This document shows positions 59,161 to 64,000 of a stretch of 64,000 bases of DNA, piece by piece (within the stretch, counting starts at the first letter, position 1; every line of letters starts with the position of its first letter). The notes under the pieces are model-generated. The model saw nothing but the letters and a program-made list of their open reading frames with translations. It made no database searches and was not told where the DNA came from. Both the position numbers and the translations under genes were made by a program. Source of the stretch: Heptranchias perlo (taxonomy: Eukaryota); assembly GCF_035084215.1 (NCBI RefSeq), contig NW_027139217.1:310001-374000 (forward strand), written 5' to 3'.

Positions 59161-59990
59161 AGAGGCAGAGAGAGATGCACGCAGAGAGAGAGAGAGGCGC
59201 ACGCAGAGAGAGAGGCGCACGCAGAGAGAGAGAGAGAGAGGGAGAGATGCACGCAGAGAGAGAGGCGCACGCAGAGAGAGAGAGAGAGGGAGAGATGCAC
59301 GCAGCGAGAGGGGCACGCAGAGAGAGAGGGGCACGCAGAGAGAGAGACACGCAGAGAGAGAGGCACGCAGAGAGAGAGGGGCACGCAGAGAGAGAGACAC
59401 GCAGAGAGAGAGGCACGCAGAGAGAGAGGGGCACGCAGAGAGAGAGGGGCACGCAGAGAGAGAGACACGCAGAGAGAGAGACACGCAGAGAGAGAGGGGC
59501 ACGCAGAGAGAGAGAGACACGCAGAGAGAGAGGGGCACGCAGAGAGAGAGGGGCACGCAGAGAGAGAGGCACGCAGAGAGAGAGACACGCAGAGAGAGAG
59601 GGGCACGCAGAGAGAGAGGGGCACGCAGAGAGAGAGACACGCAGAGAGAGAGGGGCACGCAGAGAGAGAGGCGCACGCAGAGAGAGAGACACGCAGAGAG
59701 AGAGGGGCACGCAGAGAGAGAGGCGCACGCAGAGAGAGAGGCAGACAGAGAGAGAGAGAGAGAGGCCTGCAGAGAGAGAGAGAGAGAGGCCCACAGAGAG
59801 AGAGAGAGAGAGGCCCACAGAGAGAGAGCGAGTGCCACGCAGTGGGGGGGGGGGGGGAGAGAGAGAGAGAGACAGAGAGAGAGAGGGACACACACACACA
59901 CATAGATAAAGATGCACAGAGAGACACACACAGAGACGCACACAGACAGAGACACACACAGACAGACAGAGACACCCACAGACACACCCA
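59161..59990. repeat. Short version of the intron-6 compound microsatellite (copy 2)
   Basis: (GA)n/GCACGC units. Confidence 0.93.
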
Positions 59991-60014
59991 CCCTTGCACT
60001 ATTTGCACACTTAC

Positions 60015-60050
60015 GATTTGCTGGGCTGTAACCAGATTTTTTCTCTCCTC
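60015..60050 (-). pseudogene. MHC-I copy 2 exon 6 with destroyed acceptor (tcttgtCG)
   Basis: The + strand reads ctccGacaaga where copy 1 predicts ctccTacaaga. Confidence 0.8.
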
Positions 60051-63000
60051 CGACAAGAGACAGAAACAGACGGAACTTCAGTTACAAACAGCTCCTCGAT
60101 CAGCACAGCCCCTCGCCGACACAAACTTACTCCAGAAACAGGGGCAATGACCAGATTTCCCTGTGGGCACTCACAGGAGGCTCACTGAGAAACAGGCATC
60201 GGACAATATCCTCTCTTCACCCGGTCCCTTCACTCCCCAATCAGGCCCAGTCCCTTCACTCCCTGTACGGGGCCCCGGTCCCTTCACTCCCCGTACGGGG
60301 CCCCGGTCCCTTCACTCCCTGTACGGGGCCCCGGTCCCTTCACTCCCCGTACGGGGCCCCGGTCCCTTCACTCCCCGTACGGGGCCCCGGTCCCTTCACT
60401 CCCTGTACGGGGCCCCGGTCCCTTCACTCCCCAATCAGGCCCAGTCCCTTCACTCCCCGTACGGGGCCCCGGTCCCTTCACTCCCTGTACGGGGCCCCGG
60501 TCCCTTCACTCCCTGTACGGGGCCCCGGTCCCTTCACTCCCCGTACGGGGCCCCGGTCCCTTCACTCCCCGTACGGGGCCCCGGTCCCTTCACTCCCTGT
60601 ACGGGGCCCCGGTCCCTTCACTCCCCGTACGGGGCCCCGGTCCCCTTCACTCCCTGTATGGGCCCCGGTCCCTTCACTCCCGGTACGGGGCCCCGGTCCC
60701 TTCACTCCCTGTACGGGGCCCCGGTCCCTTCACTCCCCGTACGGGGCCCCGGTCCCTTCACTCCCTGTACGGGGCCCCGGTCCCTTCACTCCCTGTACGG
60801 GGCCCCGGTCCCTTCACTCCCCGTACGGGGCCCCGGTCCCTTCACTCCCCGTACGGGGCCCCGGTCCCTTCACTCCCCGTACGGGGCCCCGGTCCCTTCA
60901 CTCCCCAATCAGGCCCAGTCCCTTCACTCCCCGTACGGGGCCCCGGTCCCTTCACTCCCCGTACGGGGCCCCGGTCCCTTCACTCCCCGTACGGGGCCCC
61001 GGTCCCTTCACTCCCCGTACGGGGCCCCGGTCCCTTCACTCCCCGTACGGGGCCCCGGTCCCTTCACTCCCCGTACGGGGCCCCGGTCCCTTCACTCCCC
61101 GTACGGGCCCCGGTCCCTTCACTCCCCGTACGGGGCCCCGGTCCCTTCACTCCCCGTACGGGGCCCCGGTCCCTTCACTCCCCGTACGGGGCCCCGGTCC
61201 CTTCACTCCCCCGTACGGGGCCCCGGTCCCTTCACTCCCCGTACGGGGCCCCGGTCCCTTCACTCCCGGTACGGGGCCCCGGTCCCTTCACTCCCCGTAC
61301 GGGGCCCCGGTCCCTTCACTCCCCGTACGGGGCCCCGGTCCCTTCACTCCATGTACGGGGCCCCGGTCCCTTCACTCCCCGTACGGGGCCCCGGTCCCTT
61401 CACTCCCCGTACGGGGCCCCGGTCCCTTCACTCCCCGTACGGGGCCCCGGTCCCTTCACTCCCCGTACGGGGCCCCGGTCCCTTCACTCCCGGTACGGGG
61501 CCCCGGTCCCTTCACTCCCCGTACGGGGCCCCGGTCCCTTCACTCCCGGTACGGGGCCCCGGTCCCTTCACTCCCCGTACGGGGCCCCGGTCCCTTCACT
61601 CCCCGTACGGGGCCCCGGTCCCTTCACTCCCTGTACGGGGCCCCGGTCCCTTCACTCCCTGTACGGGGCCCCGGTCCCTTCACTCCCCGTACGGGGCCCC
61701 GGTCCCTTCACTCCCCGTACGGGGCCCCGGTCCCTTCACTCCCCGTACGGGGCCCCGGTCCCTTCACTCCCCGTACGGGGCCCCGGTCCCTTCACTCCCT
61801 GTACGGGTCCCTGTCCATCACTGGACTGTGTCGGAGTTTCCCACATGTCTATGGGAAGTCTCTAATGTTCTGCCATTTGTGCTGTAACATTTGAACCTGC
61901 TCATCCCCGTGTGGGACAGATCCTGTCCTCATTTCCTACCTCTCTTCTTCCAGACAACGGCACCAATGACGAGAGCAATCAGGACGACGGCAGCAAGAAC
62001 AATTCCAACAATTAAACCCAGATTCGGTCCCTCTGAAGATCCCGGAGTCACTCGGAACGTCCCATCTGTGGGGGGAATAAGGAGGAGGAGAGAAATGAAT
62101 AACGACAGTCGCTGCTGATTAGGAAGTAATGAGACCAAAGCTGTGCCTGAGACTGAGTTCGATTCGAGTCTGCGATGTGATGGGCAGTCTGATCAGAGCA
62201 AGTTGGAGGTTAGAAAGTTCAGCGTGGCTTTGATTCCACTCCTGGGAAGCACTTTGGGACGTTTCTCTCCATTAAAGGCACTTTATAAATACAAGTTGTT
62301 GCTTGTCTGCAGATATTGGAATTACCCATCAGTCCAAAGTCATTACGAGTCCCCTCCACAAGTGAGGAATCCCCAGCACAGTCTCAGAGTCGGCTGGTGG
62401 AAGTATAGTGATGGGTGATACGGTCTTTCTATGGAAGGTTGAGGAGTTCAATGGACTAACGGCCTCCTTCACCTGACACACAGATCCCAGCCAGTCAATA
62501 ACTCAGTGTAACCCAGATATATGGTGCTGCTCATTATAGACAGGCAGGTTTGGAAATCTCTTGTATTTCTGAATAAAATTTCCCCGTCACAGGTATAGAG
62601 GGTATAATTTCAAAGTTTGCAGCTGACATGAAACTTGGAAATGTAGTAAACAATGTGGAGGATAGTAACAGAGTTCAGGAGGACACAGACAGACTGGTGA
62701 AATGGGCAGACACATGGCAGATGGAATTTAACACAGAGAAGTGTGAAGTGATGTATTTTGGAAGGAAGAATGAGGAGAGGCGATAGAAACATCTTTAATC
62801 CTCAGCCTCAGACTCTCCCCCTGCACTCACTGATCCTCTTACCCCAGTCTCGGGTCTCCACTCCTGCTTTGCTGCTGTGATCCACCTGACAGGAGTAGGT
62901 GGCTCCGTCCTCGGGCCCGATCTCAACCCATCTCTTGATCTGGTAGGTGCCATCGTGGTTGGGCAGGATGCCAGTGGAATCAGTGTCTGAGATCGGCCGT

Positions 63001-64000
63001 CCATTTCTCAGGAGGGTGAGTTCGATATCTCGAGGGTAAAACCCCGTGACCAGGCAGGAGAGTTGGGCCGGTTTAGTGTCTGAGGCCTTGTCCACAGAAA
63101 GAAACACTTGGGGAGTAACTGAGAGTAAAACAGATCAGAGCCGAGTCAGTGTGAGACAGGGAACGGGACAAACCCCTTTAAACTGGGGATTAGACCCCAG
63201 GGAACGGTACAAACCCCTTTAAACTGGGGATTAGACCCCAGGGAACGGGACAAACCCCTTTAAACTGGGGATTAGACCCCAGGGAACGGGACAAACCCCT
63301 TTAAACTGGGGATTAGACCCCAGGGAACGGGACAAACCCCTTTAAACTGGGGATTAGACCCCATTCCCCCCCTCACTCACCGACTCTCACTCCCCCCTTC
63401 ACTCACCGACTCTCAGTCCCCCCCTCACTCACCGACTCTCACTCCCCCCTCACTCACCGACTCTCACTCCCCCCCTCACTCACCGACTCTCACTCCCCCC
63501 CTCACTCACTGACTCTCACTCCCCCCCTCACTCACCGACTCTCAGTTCCCCCCCTCACTCACCGACTCTCACTCCCCCCCTCACTCACCGACTCTCACTC
63601 CCCCCTCACTCACCGACTCTCACTCCCCCCCTCACTCACCGACTCTCACTCCTCCCCTCACTCACCGACTCTCACTCCCCCCTCACTCACCGACTCTCAC
63701 TCCCCCCCTCACTCACCGACTCTCACTCCCCCCCTCACTCACTGACTCTCACTCCCCCCCTCACTCACCGACTCTCAGTTCCCCCCCTCACTCACCGACT
63801 CTCACTCCCCCCCTCACTCACCGACTCTCAGTTCCCCCCCTCACTCACCGACTCTCACTCCCCCCTCACTCACCGACTCTCAGTTCCCCCCCTCACTCAC
63901 CGACTCTCACTCCCCCCCTCACTCACCGTCTCTCACTCCCCCCTCACTCATCGACTCTCACTCCCCCCCTCACTCACCGGCCCTCAGTTCCCTCTTTCCG
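60015..64000 (-). CDS. MHC class I heavy chain, copy 2 (5'-partial; alpha2 end, alpha3, TM, defective exon 6, no exon 7)
   Basis: Exons 63978..>64000, 62843..63118, 61940..62065 and 60015..60050. Confidence 0.85.
60222..61810. repeat. 28-bp minisatellite, intron 5 of copy 2 (about 57 units)
   Basis: Reverse complement of the 16975-17590 unit. Confidence 0.95.
61940..62065 (-). CDS. MHC-I copy 2 TM exon
   Basis: ..NLGLIVGIVLAAVVLIALVIGAVVWKKR (A->V versus copy 1); intact splice sites. Confidence 0.92.
62843..63118 (-). CDS. MHC-I copy 2 alpha3 exon
   Basis: Protein identical to copy 1 alpha3; intact splice sites. Confidence 0.95.
63157..63977. repeat. Intron-3 minisatellites of copy 2 (41-bp and donor-derived 23-bp)
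   Basis: Reverse complements of the 14345-15632 units. Confidence 0.93.
63978..64000 (-). CDS. MHC-I copy 2 alpha2 exon, 3' end (GKRELRA)
   Basis: c gga aag agg gaa ctg agg gcc g|gtgagt; E->K versus copy 1. Confidence 0.85.

Larger units (their letters stand above)
56670..64000 (-). repeat. Right arm of the inverted duplication containing MHC-I copy 2
   Basis: Reverse-complement match to 14322-31230, apart from VNTR lengths and the exon-7 region. Confidence 0.93.

Noticed and set aside
60163-61887. 574-aa Pro-rich ORF (and the 241-aa twin at 16921-17646)
   Set aside because: Antisense translation of the intron-5 28-bp VNTR.

Overview
Eukaryotic, repeat-dense genomic DNA, most likely a cartilaginous fish (shark). 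This is inferred from the MHC-I sequence style and from the CR1, L2, tRNA-SINE, Penelope and Harbinger content. The core feature is a tail-to-tail (convergent) pair of near-identical MHC class I heavy-chain genes. Copy 1 (+ strand, 7 coding exons, 5548-28835, 355 aa, all GT-AG phase-1 introns) looks intact and has an upstream S-X-Y/IRF promoter module. Its alpha2 domain keeps the classical anchor residues, but its alpha1 A-pocket is altered (Y59N, E63K, HLA numbering). Copy 2 (- strand, from about 56670 to beyond the window end) is an inverted duplicate. Its exon-6 splice acceptor is mutated (AG->CG) and its exon 7 is deleted at a Harbinger-like insertion, which predicts a tail-less class I molecule or a pseudogene. 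Most introns carry a minisatellite; one amplifies the exon-3 splice donor and intron 6 holds an 11-kb compound microsatellite with an assembly gap. The left end has a Gmr1-type LTR retrotransposon relic (INT upstream of RT). The 25-kb spacer holds nested CR1/L2 LINEs, several Harbinger Myb/SANT elements, a Penelope GIY-YIG fragment with a hammerhead-like core, and a weak candidate Ig-superfamily pseudogene. The very long ORFs in the ORF track are translations of tandem repeats, not genes.
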